From Candidatus Woesebacteria bacterium RIFCSPHIGHO2_02_FULL_42_20 (lineage in GTDB: Bacteria; Patescibacteriota; Microgenomatia; UBA8517), in assembly GCA_001792535.1 (NCBI GenBank), contig MGGS01000013.1, positions 692 through 64,691 on the forward strand: a stretch of 64,000 nt of DNA. Reading direction: 5' to 3'. Positions 48,527-57,431 of the stretch are shown here, piece after piece; within the stretch, counting starts at the first letter, position 1, and each line of letters begins with the position of its first letter. Both the position numbers and the translations under genes were made by a program. Below the pieces are notes generated by a model. That model did no database searches and was not told the origin of the DNA. It saw only the letters and a list, made by a program, of their open reading frames with translations.

Positions 48527-48709
48527 AGGTTAGACTTTTTTGTAAATGGCAGATCTAATCCGATATTAAAAGATCATAAATTAATTGGAAGCTTAAAAGG
48601 GTCTCGTGCATTCAGCGTCACCGGGAATTATAGAGTTACTTATATAGAGGTCAAAAGCGGCCACTATATATTTATAGATGTTGGCACTCACTCTCAGATA
48701 TATAAATAG
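48527..48709 (+). pseudogene. N-terminally truncated YafQ/RelE-family toxin
   Basis: Startless frame ...NPILKDHKLIGSLKGSRAFSVTGNYRVTY...FIDVGTHSQIYK*. Confidence 0.75.
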
Positions 48710-48713
48710 ATAT

Positions 48714-49367
48714 CTACTCTTTTGTTTCAATTTCAAAGTTGTTTAATTGATCAAAGAGCATTTTTACTTTCTCTTCTGTGACATCCTCCGGTTTTATTTT
48801 GCGGTGAGCAAAGATTTGTTTTTCAATTTCGAACCACATTGGAATAAATTTATCAAATTGTTCTTTTGTGTAAATAAGCTTATCTCTTGACAAATAACTC
48901 CTTTTTACCTCATTGAGACGATGTTCTAGTGATGTTGTTTTGTGTGGAGATACTCTTAAATCGGAGTATACACAAAGTTTTCGCATTATATTCGAATTGA
49001 AAGTTTCTTCTGTCTTTGCAAAACCAAACCCTTTGATCAAAACGAATGTTTTTGAGTTGACGTCCAGTTCTTCACAAATTGTATATGTCGCAATATGATC
49101 GTTATTGCTGAACTTGTCGATAAATTCTCTTTGTACTTTTTTCCAATATTTAATCCCTCTCTCTTCTAAATATTCGGGAAATAGGTCCAGATCTGCCTTA
49201 ATAATATTTCCCATGTTATGGAGAAGACAAGCAGAAATAATTGAGTTTTTATCTAGAGGTTTTTCGAAATTATCACAAATGATGGATGCTACTCCGGCAA
49301 CGCGGAGCATATGAGTCTGTAGCTGTGGCATGATTTTATATTTTTGATAAATTTGGGAGATTTTCAT
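48714..49367 (-). CDS. HD-domain-like protein (HD motif appears as HN)
   Basis: HMLRVA, ACLLHNMGN, DH and YSDLR motifs. Confidence 0.65.
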   Translation of the reverse strand: MKISQIYQKYKIMPQLQTHMLRVAGVASIICDNFEKPLDKNSIISACLLHNMGNIIKADLDLFPEYLEERGIKYWKKVQREFIDKFSNNDHIATYTICEELDVNSKTFVLIKGFGFAKTEETFNSNIMRKLCVYSDLRVSPHKTTSLEHRLNEVKRSYLSRDKLIYTKEQFDKFIPMWFEIEKQIFAHRKIKPEDVTEEKVKMLFDQLNNFEIETKE

Positions 49368-49377
49368 AAAAAATTTT

Positions 49378-50971
49378 GTCGAGATTTACGAAAAAGTTAG
49401 AACCGAATTTCGCAAAGGGTAGCTCGGCCGCCTGCGGCGGCCTCGCTTCCGTTATTTTTTGCGCGCGCGATTTTATCCTCGCTTCGCGAGGAGCTATAGA
49501 GAAATTGAATTCACCAAATCTCTAAAAATAGGAAGATTGGCTTCGTCAATTTGTTGATAAGCTGTTTTCCACTCGGATTTATTAACAACCTCAACATTAT
49601 TTGGCGAGCCTTGAATTCTTACCGTATCATAGTTATCGTTGATAAGAAAAACCTCTCGTGAATATACCCATTCTGTTTGAGCTGTTTCTGATAGAGTTGA
49701 GATATACTCAACTCCTTTGTAATTTCCGATATTCGTTTGTTTAATTCTGATCAACTTACTTCTTAAATCTGATTTTGTTTCCCCATCTTTCATTGTAAGT
49801 AAGGGTAAGTAGCCCTCGAGCCAAGGTTGATTCTTTTTGTACTCGTCTATCGCGGTTCCTTGTGGTTTCTTTGTGTACTGTACACTTATATAATATGAAT
49901 TTTTCTTATCGTACTTTCTGTCTAACCGATCTGTTCCGTATGGATATCTTAACAATCCGAAAACCAGAGGAATAGATGTTGACCCTGAAAAATCAAAGGC
50001 AGTAAAACGAGCTTTTGAAATGTTTGCGGAAGGAAGTCATACTTTTACGGATATTGCCAAATATCTTCATAAATTTGAATTGGGGCGCAAAAACGGGAAA
50101 CCACTTCATATCAACGAAATCCGGCAAATACTCTCGAATAAGTTTTACGTTGGGATAATGTTTTATAACGGTGAGTATCACGACGGAAACCACAAGAGTT
50201 TTGTTTCCAAGGAGCTATTCCAGAAAGTACAAGAGGAAATGCAAAGACGGAGTAAACATTTCAAAAAGTCATATCATTTCCCGTTTTTAGGACTAGCAAG
50301 GTGTAGCGAATGCGGCGCGGCGATCACGGCCGAGCAACACATCAAGTTTTACAAAACCACCAACCGCAAGGTTACTTACGTTTATTATCGTTGCACCAAA
50401 AAACTTGGTCCATGTTCTCAAACGCCAATTACCAATTTTGAAATGGAGGAACAATTAAGAAAAGTTGTTTCTGATGTCGTGCTTCCGCAGTCTTGGGCAG
50501 ACCAGTGGTTGAAATTTTTGGAACGAGACGAGTTAGTCGAAAAACAATCATCAGGAACAACTATCCAAAATCTCAAAACTGAAATTCAAGATCTAGATCG
50601 AAAACAAAACACACTTTTGGACAGTTATCTTGATAGCGTTGTTGATCCTGAAACTTATAAATCTAAGAAAAACGAAATGTTCGAAACAAAACTTAAATTA
50701 CAAGAAGAAATCGTCAAAGTTGAGGAGACGGGTTCGAGTTGGCTCGAACCTATGAGAAATTTCGTAAATTGCGCCTTACAGGCGCAAAAAATCGCGCGCG
50801 CAAAAAATAATTGCGAAGAATTAGCATTCTTCGCAAAACGTGTCGGCTCGAACTTCTTTTTATCCAATCGGCAGCTCTCAGCAGAGCATAAAAAGGGCTT
50901 TGCGGCGCTCCGTGCGGGCGGCGGCGCACGGAGCGCCTCCACCGACTCTATCGATTTTTCTCTCTTGGTCG
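49378..50971 (+). mobile_element. Degenerate LSR integrative element A' (internal deletion)
   Basis: Starts GTCG-AGATTTACGAAAAAGTTAGAACC as at 55569 and ends TTGGTCG; truncated cargo is joined to a truncated recombinase. Confidence 0.8.
49494..49935 (-). pseudogene. 5'-truncated cargo gene (exported-protein-like C-terminal part)
   Basis: Open frame broken where recombinase sequence (PYGYLNNPKTRG on the plus strand) begins at about 49936. Confidence 0.55.
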
Positions 50972-50976
50972 CATAG
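49936..50976 (+). pseudogene. Large serine recombinase lacking the catalytic N-terminal domain
   Basis: Near-identical to the 57432 gene from PYGY onward; retains the CSEC/YYRC zinc ribbon and coiled coil. Confidence 0.88.
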
Positions 50977-51141
50977 AAGCGAACAATCTTGAACTAGTTA
51001 CCGAAGCTATTTTATCACATTGGAAACTAATAAACTTTGACGAAAAAAGTATAGTCCTCAATCCATATAATGTGTTCCAAGATAGAAACAGCATGGGTTT
51101 TGTATACAGCTATTGATAATGAAGTCATGGCTTGAACTGAT

Positions 51142-51576
51142 ATGAAGACAGACAAACTAACATTAAAGCAGCGCAAATGGTTAGAAATCTACCTTGAAAC
51201 CGGTAACGCAACTGCAGCAGCGCGTCGCGCGTACAACTGCAACGAACGTAGCGCAAGGCAAATAGGTTACGAGAACATGACAAAACTTGACTTTACAGAC
51301 GTTCTAGAAGCCCATGGCGCTACTGCAGCAATGCTTGTGAAGTTAATTGTAGAAGGTGCTAAAGCAACAAAACTGATTAAAGACAAGGAATTTCCCGATT
51401 GGGAAGTAAGGCACAAATACTTAATAACCATTCTGCGCTTGAAGAAAATGTACCCGCAGCCGGAAGCTATAGGCAATAATGGCGAGGAACCAATCCGTAT
51501 TGTCTTCCAAGACCCGTTTCAAGACCCAACACCAAGCACAAAAATTGACACGAATAGACCTAATTTGATAACATAA
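51142..51576 (+). CDS. Terminase small subunit-like protein
   Basis: LTLKQRKWLEIYLETGNATAAARRAY..SARQIGYENM N-terminal HTH typical of TerS. Confidence 0.72.
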   Translation: MKTDKLTLKQRKWLEIYLETGNATAAARRAYNCNERSARQIGYENMTKLDFTDVLEAHGATAAMLVKLIVEGAKATKLIKDKEFPDWEVRHKYLITILRLKKMYPQPEAIGNNGEEPIRIVFQDPFQDPTPSTKIDTNRPNLIT

Positions 51577-51627
51577 TGTTGCTACAATAAGTAGCAAATT
51601 AAGTTAATTAGCTTCATAGAACGCTTT

Positions 51628-51665
51628 AAGCAGTCCGAAGCAAGTCGCAACGGCTGCTTTTTTAT
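51628..51665 (+). terminator. Terminator-like hairpin
   Basis: AAGCAGTCCG...CGGCTGCTT followed by a T-run. Confidence 0.45.
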
Positions 51666-51682
51666 TTGTCCAAAAAGCGTCT

Positions 51683-51880
51683 ATGAAGAAACGTTTCAAA
51701 AGAAAACTAAACGTAGTTCCCACAAAACCGAATTCCGGTTACGCTTCTATTCCCCAAAATCCAACAGAACGGGTAATTCAACTTGTGACGCTTATGGCGT
51801 CGGTGAAAACCGATACAGAAGAAGCAAAGCTAAATGCTACAACCATTTCCGATAACAACGGCAGAAGAATAAACTTATAA
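51683..51880 (+). CDS. Small hypothetical protein
   Basis: 65-aa basic ORF inside element B. Confidence 0.4.
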   Translation: MKKRFKRKLNVVPTKPNSGYASIPQNPTERVIQLVTLMASVKTDTEEAKLNATTISDNNGRRINL

Positions 51881-51937
51881 AGCCCCTACAATTCCGCATA
51901 AACCCTATAAAAAAATGATATACTTACAGCAAAGATT

Positions 51938-52921
51938 ATGGCTAAAAGCGGTCTATCCATTATTGTTATTGGTGGTTTAAATACAGATATTGTTGCAATT
52001 GGTGCTAAAAAACTATTAAAAGCGGGTGAACACACCTATGCTAGCGAATTAAGGATTGGTGCCGGCGGGAAATCGCGCAATATGGCACAAATGATTGCTA
52101 CTTTAGTTGGTAAGGATAAAGTAGCGATGGTTGGAAAGACTTCAAAAGACCCATATGGTTTTTGGAAAGTGCCATTAGTAGCCTTAAAGCAAGCAAAAGT
52201 AAACACCGAATATGTAAAGATAGCGTCTTTTAAGGAAAGTAATCAGTTCCCCGGAATTGCACTTATACCCGTAGACACGGAGGGAAGAAACCAAATCTAT
52301 GTATTACCGGGAATTACAAATAGTTTTTTGCCCAAAGATATTGATGACGCAAGCGAACTTTTCAAATCGGTTGCAAAAAACAATGGCATATTACTTGTTT
52401 CATTGGAATTACCCTTGCAAACAGCAATTTACGCAATCAAAAAGGCTAATCAAATGGGTATAAAAGTTTTCTTTGACCCCGGTGGAATAGACGAAACAGA
52501 AAATTATAGTGAATTACTAAAACAGAATATCTATTTGATTAAACCAAACGAACATGAAGCTAAAATTCTAACAAGTATAGCAGTTATTGATTTTGATACT
52601 GCGAAGAAAGCAGCGACAAAGTTATTAGGCAAAGGTACAGAAAATGTCCTTATCACAGTTGGGGTAAATGGTGGCTACTTCTTTAACAAAATCGTAGGAA
52701 AACATATCCCTATCCCTAAAATTAAAAGCAGTTCTGTAAAAGACGAAACGGGTTGCGGCGACCAAACCATGGCGGCTTTGTGCACGGCACTTGCCGAAGA
52801 CAAAGATATTCTTGAAGCAATCAATATCGGACTACTTGCGGGAACCTTGCAGTTTGGCAAATCGGGCATTGTCCCTATTACCAAAAAAGAAATTAACAAG
52901 TATTTACATAACAGACTATGA
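51938..52921 (+). CDS. PfkB/ribokinase-family kinase
   Basis: GGKSRN, KPNEHEA and DETGCGD motifs. Confidence 0.88.
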   Translation: MAKSGLSIIVIGGLNTDIVAIGAKKLLKAGEHTYASELRIGAGGKSRNMAQMIATLVGKDKVAMVGKTSKDPYGFWKVPLVALKQAKVNTEYVKIASFKESNQFPGIALIPVDTEGRNQIYVLPGITNSFLPKDIDDASELFKSVAKNNGILLVSLELPLQTAIYAIKKANQMGIKVFFDPGGIDETENYSELLKQNIYLIKPNEHEAKILTSIAVIDFDTAKKAATKLLGKGTENVLITVGVNGGYFFNKIVGKHIPIPKIKSSSVKDETGCGDQTMAALCTALAEDKDILEAINIGLLAGTLQFGKSGIVPITKKEINKYLHNRL

Positions 52922-53310
52922 TTTCCGATGTTTTAGCAGTTTATAATTTAATTAAAGAAACAGTTGACGAAGCGAGTGTATTAAACGCTTTATTTTCGTT
53001 TGATGGTACGCGAAAAGAAGGTGACGAAGTAATTAAAGTGAGGATTAACAAGGCAACAGACAACCAATGGTTTTATGAAATAGAACCGTATGAAGATTAT
53101 ATTTTAATTCCCTTTCCGGTTAACCAAGCAGTATATGTGGATTATGGTCTAGAAAAGGATAGTCAAAACCCTTCGGTAAAATTTTTTAGGTATGTATCAA
53201 GCCCGCTTTCAAGATATAGCCAAGGTGGTGAACCTAATGTTAGGGTAGATTTTTTTGTGTTTGGGTACAGACCTTCGGATTTAATGGCAAGTCGCAAGAA
53301 AAAAGCCTAG
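52918..53310 (+). CDS. Hypothetical protein
   Basis: 130-aa ORF coupled (ATGA overlap) to the kinase. Confidence 0.65.
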   Translation: MISDVLAVYNLIKETVDEASVLNALFSFDGTRKEGDEVIKVRINKATDNQWFYEIEPYEDYILIPFPVNQAVYVDYGLEKDSQNPSVKFFRYVSSPLSRYSQGGEPNVRVDFFVFGYRPSDLMASRKKKA

Positions 53311-53326
53311 CAAGGAAAAAATAACA

Positions 53327-54034
53327 ATGAACGTCAATGGTAATTTACAGTATAAGCAAGCACAACGGGAACTTTTTGACGAACTTGAAAATAAGTTCAA
53401 AAACGGTGAAAAACCCTCAACCATTGTTGAACCCGTAAAAGATTATGAAAATGATAATAGAATTTGTTTAACAAGCGTAGCTTTTATTCCACCACACCTT
53501 CAAGAAATAATATTGTCCACGGTTGTTGACCCGCTTAAAAGTGCAGATAGCCAACAATACTATTACATTCAAAACTCCTTCCATTTAACCATTCAAAATA
53601 TACGAACGATTAACTTGCCGCCGTTGTTTAGCGATAGCGATATTGAAAAGGCAATAAAAGTATTTGACCAAATAGTGCCAAAACATAAACATTTGTTCTT
53701 TGATATTGAAGGTCTTTTTGAACTTCCAACAAGTCTATCTTTGCGTGCCTATGCTGATAAAGGATTAAAAGATTTAGCCTTGGAATTAAGGCGGGGGTTA
53801 AAAGAAGCCGGGGTTCCCGATAACAAAACGTATGCTTCAAGTGATGTAGTATTTGGCAATACAAGTGTTTGCAGATATACAACAACACCAAATGATTTGT
53901 TTTTTAATGAAGTTAAACGGCTAAAAAATATAAAGATAGGTCGTTTAGAAGTTTCAACAGTTTCCTTAATCACGACAAATTCTGTTTGTCACCCTAGTAA
54001 AACAAAAATAATCAAAGAATTTAACTTGGCTTAA
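53327..54034 (+). CDS. 2H phosphoesterase (2'-5' RNA ligase-like) fold protein
   Basis: FHLTI first motif; second motif degenerate (GNTSVCRY); ends IIKEFNL. Confidence 0.6.
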   Translation: MNVNGNLQYKQAQRELFDELENKFKNGEKPSTIVEPVKDYENDNRICLTSVAFIPPHLQEIILSTVVDPLKSADSQQYYYIQNSFHLTIQNIRTINLPPLFSDSDIEKAIKVFDQIVPKHKHLFFDIEGLFELPTSLSLRAYADKGLKDLALELRRGLKEAGVPDNKTYASSDVVFGNTSVCRYTTTPNDLFFNEVKRLKNIKIGRLEVSTVSLITTNSVCHPSKTKIIKEFNLA

Positions 54035-54046
54035 AGTGTTTATTTT

Positions 54047-55591
54047 ATGGATAATGACATTGACCTAACAAAGCTAAAATATGTTTTATATGCCCGTAAA
54101 TCCACAGACGACCCCGAACGGCAAGTAAGGTCGGTTGAAGACCAAATAGCCGAATGTGAACATTTGGCAATGCGGTTAGGTATACACCTCGTAAAACCCC
54201 ACATAATTGAAAAAAAGTCCGCTAAAAGACCCGGACAAAGACCATTGTTCAAACAAATGCTAAATGACATCAGGAAAGGCGTCTACGACGGCATAGTGGC
54301 GTGGAACCCGGATAGGTTGGCAAGGAACATGAAGGAAGGTGGGGAAATTATTGATATGGTGGACGAAGACCTAATAAAAGATATGCGCTTTGTTACCCAC
54401 CACTTTTCAAAAGACGCGAACGGTAAAATGTTACTTGGAATGGCATTTGTATTATCAAAGCAGTATTCGGACAAATTATCACAAGACGTAACAAGGGGCT
54501 TGCACCGTAAAGTTGAAGAAGGCAAATCACACATTCCAAAACACGGCTATATTAAAGACGAAGAAGGGTTGTATAGACCCGACGGCAGAAACTTTGAATT
54601 GATTTGTGAAGCGTGGGCAATGCGTAAAGAAGGCACGTCCTTGGAACAAATAGAAGAATATCTTGATAAAGAAGGCTATCAACGAATAATTAAAACGTCC
54701 GGTAAACCCGTAAAACTTACCTTCAAGCGATTAAGCGATTTGTTCAAAGACCCATTCTACTACGGCTTACTTATTCAAGGCGCAAAACGGATTGATTTAC
54801 GTGAAGTATACGAATTCAAACAAGCTGTAACCGAAGCGGACTACAACCAAATTCAACAGCTTTTTTATAACAAAACCAAGCCATATCGTACGCGCCGGTT
54901 AAGTTTCTATCCCCTTAAACTAATGCTTAAGTGCAGTTTTTGCAGTAGTAATATGGTGATTGCGCCTTCAACCGGTTCAACAAAGCGGTATTTGAATGCA
55001 AGGTGTGATAACAAGTTCTGTTCGCGCAAAAAGAAATCAATACGTATGATAAACGTATTTAACTTTATTTACGACTTTTTGGACAAAGGACTTAATTTTA
55101 CAGTAAAGGATTATAACGACTACTACAAGGGAATGACCACGTATTCCGAAGCCAAACAACAAAAGGTGCAAATTGAAATTCACAGCAAGCAAGCAATTTT
55201 GCGCAATGTTGATATTGAAGTGCGGGAACGCGCATTAAAGATATTGGATTTTGAAAAGTCTTCAACGGTGCGGAAGATTAACGAAGACAAAATCGCCGAG
55301 CTTGAAGACCAAAAAGAACAATTGAAGGAACAAATAGCCAAGTTGCAGCAGCAAATAGCAGAACCCGAAAAGGATAGATTAACGTTAGAAGAATTCTTGA
55401 ACTTGTCAAAAAATGCCGCCACGGTGGTCAAATCGGGTGACGCAAGTGTTAAAGACCAAATTTGCCGTTTAATTTTCTTGAACTTTACCGTTGATGAAGC
55501 GAAAGTGGCGTCATATCAACTAAAAGAACCATTTACCACCCTACTAAAACATCATAGTTTGTCATTTGGTCGAGATTTACGAAAAAGTTAG
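54047..55591 (+). CDS. Large serine recombinase B
   Basis: YARKS catalytic Ser, WNPDRLARN, CSFC..RC..C zinc ribbon and coiled coil. Confidence 0.92.
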   Translation: MDNDIDLTKLKYVLYARKSTDDPERQVRSVEDQIAECEHLAMRLGIHLVKPHIIEKKSAKRPGQRPLFKQMLNDIRKGVYDGIVAWNPDRLARNMKEGGEIIDMVDEDLIKDMRFVTHHFSKDANGKMLLGMAFVLSKQYSDKLSQDVTRGLHRKVEEGKSHIPKHGYIKDEEGLYRPDGRNFELICEAWAMRKEGTSLEQIEEYLDKEGYQRIIKTSGKPVKLTFKRLSDLFKDPFYYGLLIQGAKRIDLREVYEFKQAVTEADYNQIQQLFYNKTKPYRTRRLSFYPLKLMLKCSFCSSNMVIAPSTGSTKRYLNARCDNKFCSRKKKSIRMINVFNFIYDFLDKGLNFTVKDYNDYYKGMTTYSEAKQQKVQIEIHSKQAILRNVDIEVRERALKILDFEKSSTVRKINEDKIAELEDQKEQLKEQIAKLQQQIAEPEKDRLTLEEFLNLSKNAATVVKSGDASVKDQICRLIFLNFTVDEAKVASYQLKEPFTTLLKHHSLSFGRDLRKS

Positions 55592-55671
55592 AACCGAATT
55601 TCAAAGTTGTTAGCTCGGCCGCTTCGCGGCCTCGCAAGGTGAGCGCGGCGCCCCCACCCGCCGCGCTTCCG
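55565..55671. repeat. 107-bp arm, perfect inverted repeat of 57184-57290
   Basis: Direct base-by-base comparison. Confidence 0.92.
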
Positions 55672-55733
55672 TTATTTTATGCGTATTTTATGCGCGCGCG
55701 ATTTTTAGATAGCAATTATTAATGCGAAATATT

Positions 55734-56924
55734 CTAATAAGACTTCAGTGTGCTTTTCAGTAAAATTCCGTTTGCCCAATATTCACCAGTACCCCCAGAG
55801 GGTAAAATGTCATAGGTATAGTGCTGGTTATACAATTTACTTTCTACTTTTATAACTTTGACTCCGGCTATGTAGTCACTATCTTTTATTTGTCCCACCA
55901 AACGCCCATCTCCCAAAGGATGTCCGGAAGAAGCGCTTAGCTCCTTACCATCAGCTAAAAGTATGTGTGCAATTCTAAAGTCAGCAGGAACAAGGGAATG
56001 GCTAACTTGTTGAACAGTTCCAGCAACTGGTTCACCAGTATCATTGGTTGTCCAAACGGGCGTACCAATAACAACGTCTTTAATCAAAACTTCTCCCTGC
56101 GGTGTAGAAATTTTTGCTTGACTATCAAGACAAATTGGTCCGGGTCCGCCGCGATAGCGTTGTATCAACTCGACTGATTCAAATAAATCTAAGGTCTTAA
56201 GCTTGTTCTGAAAATCAGTTTCTTTTCCACTAGGGACGTTCAATTCAGTGGAAAGGGCTTCATACCATGGATTCGTTCTGTTCCCAAAAGATTCCTGTCC
56301 GCTTTCAATATTTACCACCGCAATTTCAACAGTAGAGCTGCCAATCTGTTTTTTAGCCACATCGACTAAATCGGGATAATTCGCATGTAACCATTCATCT
56401 TCTTCAAACCAGCTCAATGGTGTTCTAAATGTTACCCATAAATAAGCTGTGTCTTCTCTAATGCGTTCTTTGTATTTGCCCAACTGTTCGTCAGTATAGG
56501 TATAGTCCACATTGAGTATCTTGGAATCCGTGCTTAGTTTGCGTCCATAGAGCTGGCCGCCGATACGACTAGGTGTGGCAAAAAGAGTGGTTTTAATCTT
56601 CAAAACATCTGAAGGAAGTTGTAAGTCCATAAGAGATAATTGATCACTGGCGATCTTGATATCTGCATTCGGTTTAAACTTTACCCGCAACTTGCCCGTC
56701 ACAATATCTTCTGTTTCATTTTTACCCAAGGTAAGCTTATCTATCTTCTTGTTCAGTGTATAGAAAGTATAAAACCCTCCAAATAATAAAACGGCAAACA
56801 GAATCATCGCTGAAAACATCCATGGATTTATCTTTCTCCTTCTGGAAGATGCTGTGAGATTGCTTGTCTGATTTTGCCCGATTTGCTGCGTATTTTGATC
56901 ACCAATATTTGTTTGATTTTCCAT
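55734..56924 (-). CDS. Membrane-anchored protein with C-terminal Hint (Hedgehog/intein-like) domain
   Basis: One TM; ICLDSQAKISTPQGEVLIKDV...SASSGHPL...TYDI...YWANGILL. Start taken at MENQTNIGDQ. Confidence 0.78.
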   Translation of the reverse strand: MENQTNIGDQNTQQIGQNQTSNLTASSRRRKINPWMFSAMILFAVLLFGGFYTFYTLNKKIDKLTLGKNETEDIVTGKLRVKFKPNADIKIASDQLSLMDLQLPSDVLKIKTTLFATPSRIGGQLYGRKLSTDSKILNVDYTYTDEQLGKYKERIREDTAYLWVTFRTPLSWFEEDEWLHANYPDLVDVAKKQIGSSTVEIAVVNIESGQESFGNRTNPWYEALSTELNVPSGKETDFQNKLKTLDLFESVELIQRYRGGPGPICLDSQAKISTPQGEVLIKDVVIGTPVWTTNDTGEPVAGTVQQVSHSLVPADFRIAHILLADGKELSASSGHPLGDGRLVGQIKDSDYIAGVKVIKVESKLYNQHYTYDILPSGGTGEYWANGILLKSTLKSY

Positions 56925-57016
56925 ATGTATCTCTATGAAAAAGTATATCATATTTGAAGATTTCAAGTATCAAAATGCTCTTGTATTTTTATTGCCTTCT
57001 CTGGTATATTGTTATC

Positions 57017-57102
57017 GTACTCAACTCATGGCGGATCTCTTTTTTGATGGCCGTCTTGGTCAACTAGGAGAGATCCGAGTTGAGTACAACCAGGGCGGCC
57101 AT
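57017..57102 (+). ncRNA. Candidate pseudoknotted structured RNA in the recombinase leader
   Basis: 11-bp and 8-bp stacked stems plus a 14-bp loop-to-downstream pairing; begins 6 nt after TATATT. Confidence 0.55.
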
Positions 57103-57183
57103 TTAAGTTGTATAAAAGTTCTTTAAAATTTTTGCGTTTTTTTTAGTTTTGCTCAGAACAAAACCAATTCGAGCTGACACGTT

Positions 57184-57385
57184 CGGAAGCGCGGCGGGTG
57201 GGGGCGCCGCGCTCACCTTGCGAGGCCGCGAAGCGGCCGAGCTAACAACTTTGAAATTCGGTTCTAACTTTTTCGTAAATCTCGACCAAAAGAGAAAGAG
57301 AGTCCGTCGAGTTGGAGGCGCTCCTTGCGCCGCCGCCCGCACGGAGCGCCGCAAAGCCCTTTTTATATTCTGCCGAGAGCTACCG
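57184..57385 (-). repeat. Inverted internal copy of the reconstituted attP
   Basis: 57184-57290 is the reverse complement of 55565-55671; 57283-57351 is the reverse complement of 58864-58932, with imperfect extension to about 57385. Confidence 0.9.
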
Positions 57386-57431
57386 GAAAAAAGAAGGAAA
57401 GAAAACGCAAAAATTTTAGGAAAACAAAAAT

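Larger units (their letters stand above)
50968..55572 (+). mobile_element. LSR integrative element B (about 4.6 kb, satellite-like)
   Basis: Bounded by TTGGTCG at 50965-50971 and 55566-55572; carries a terminase small subunit-like gene, cargo and a recombinase. Confidence 0.78.

Noticed and set aside
51142-55591. Complete prophage
   Set aside because: No capsid, portal, large terminase, tail or replication genes
55734-56150. Splicing intein
   Set aside because: The Hint domain is terminal, lacks His-Asn and has no C-extein
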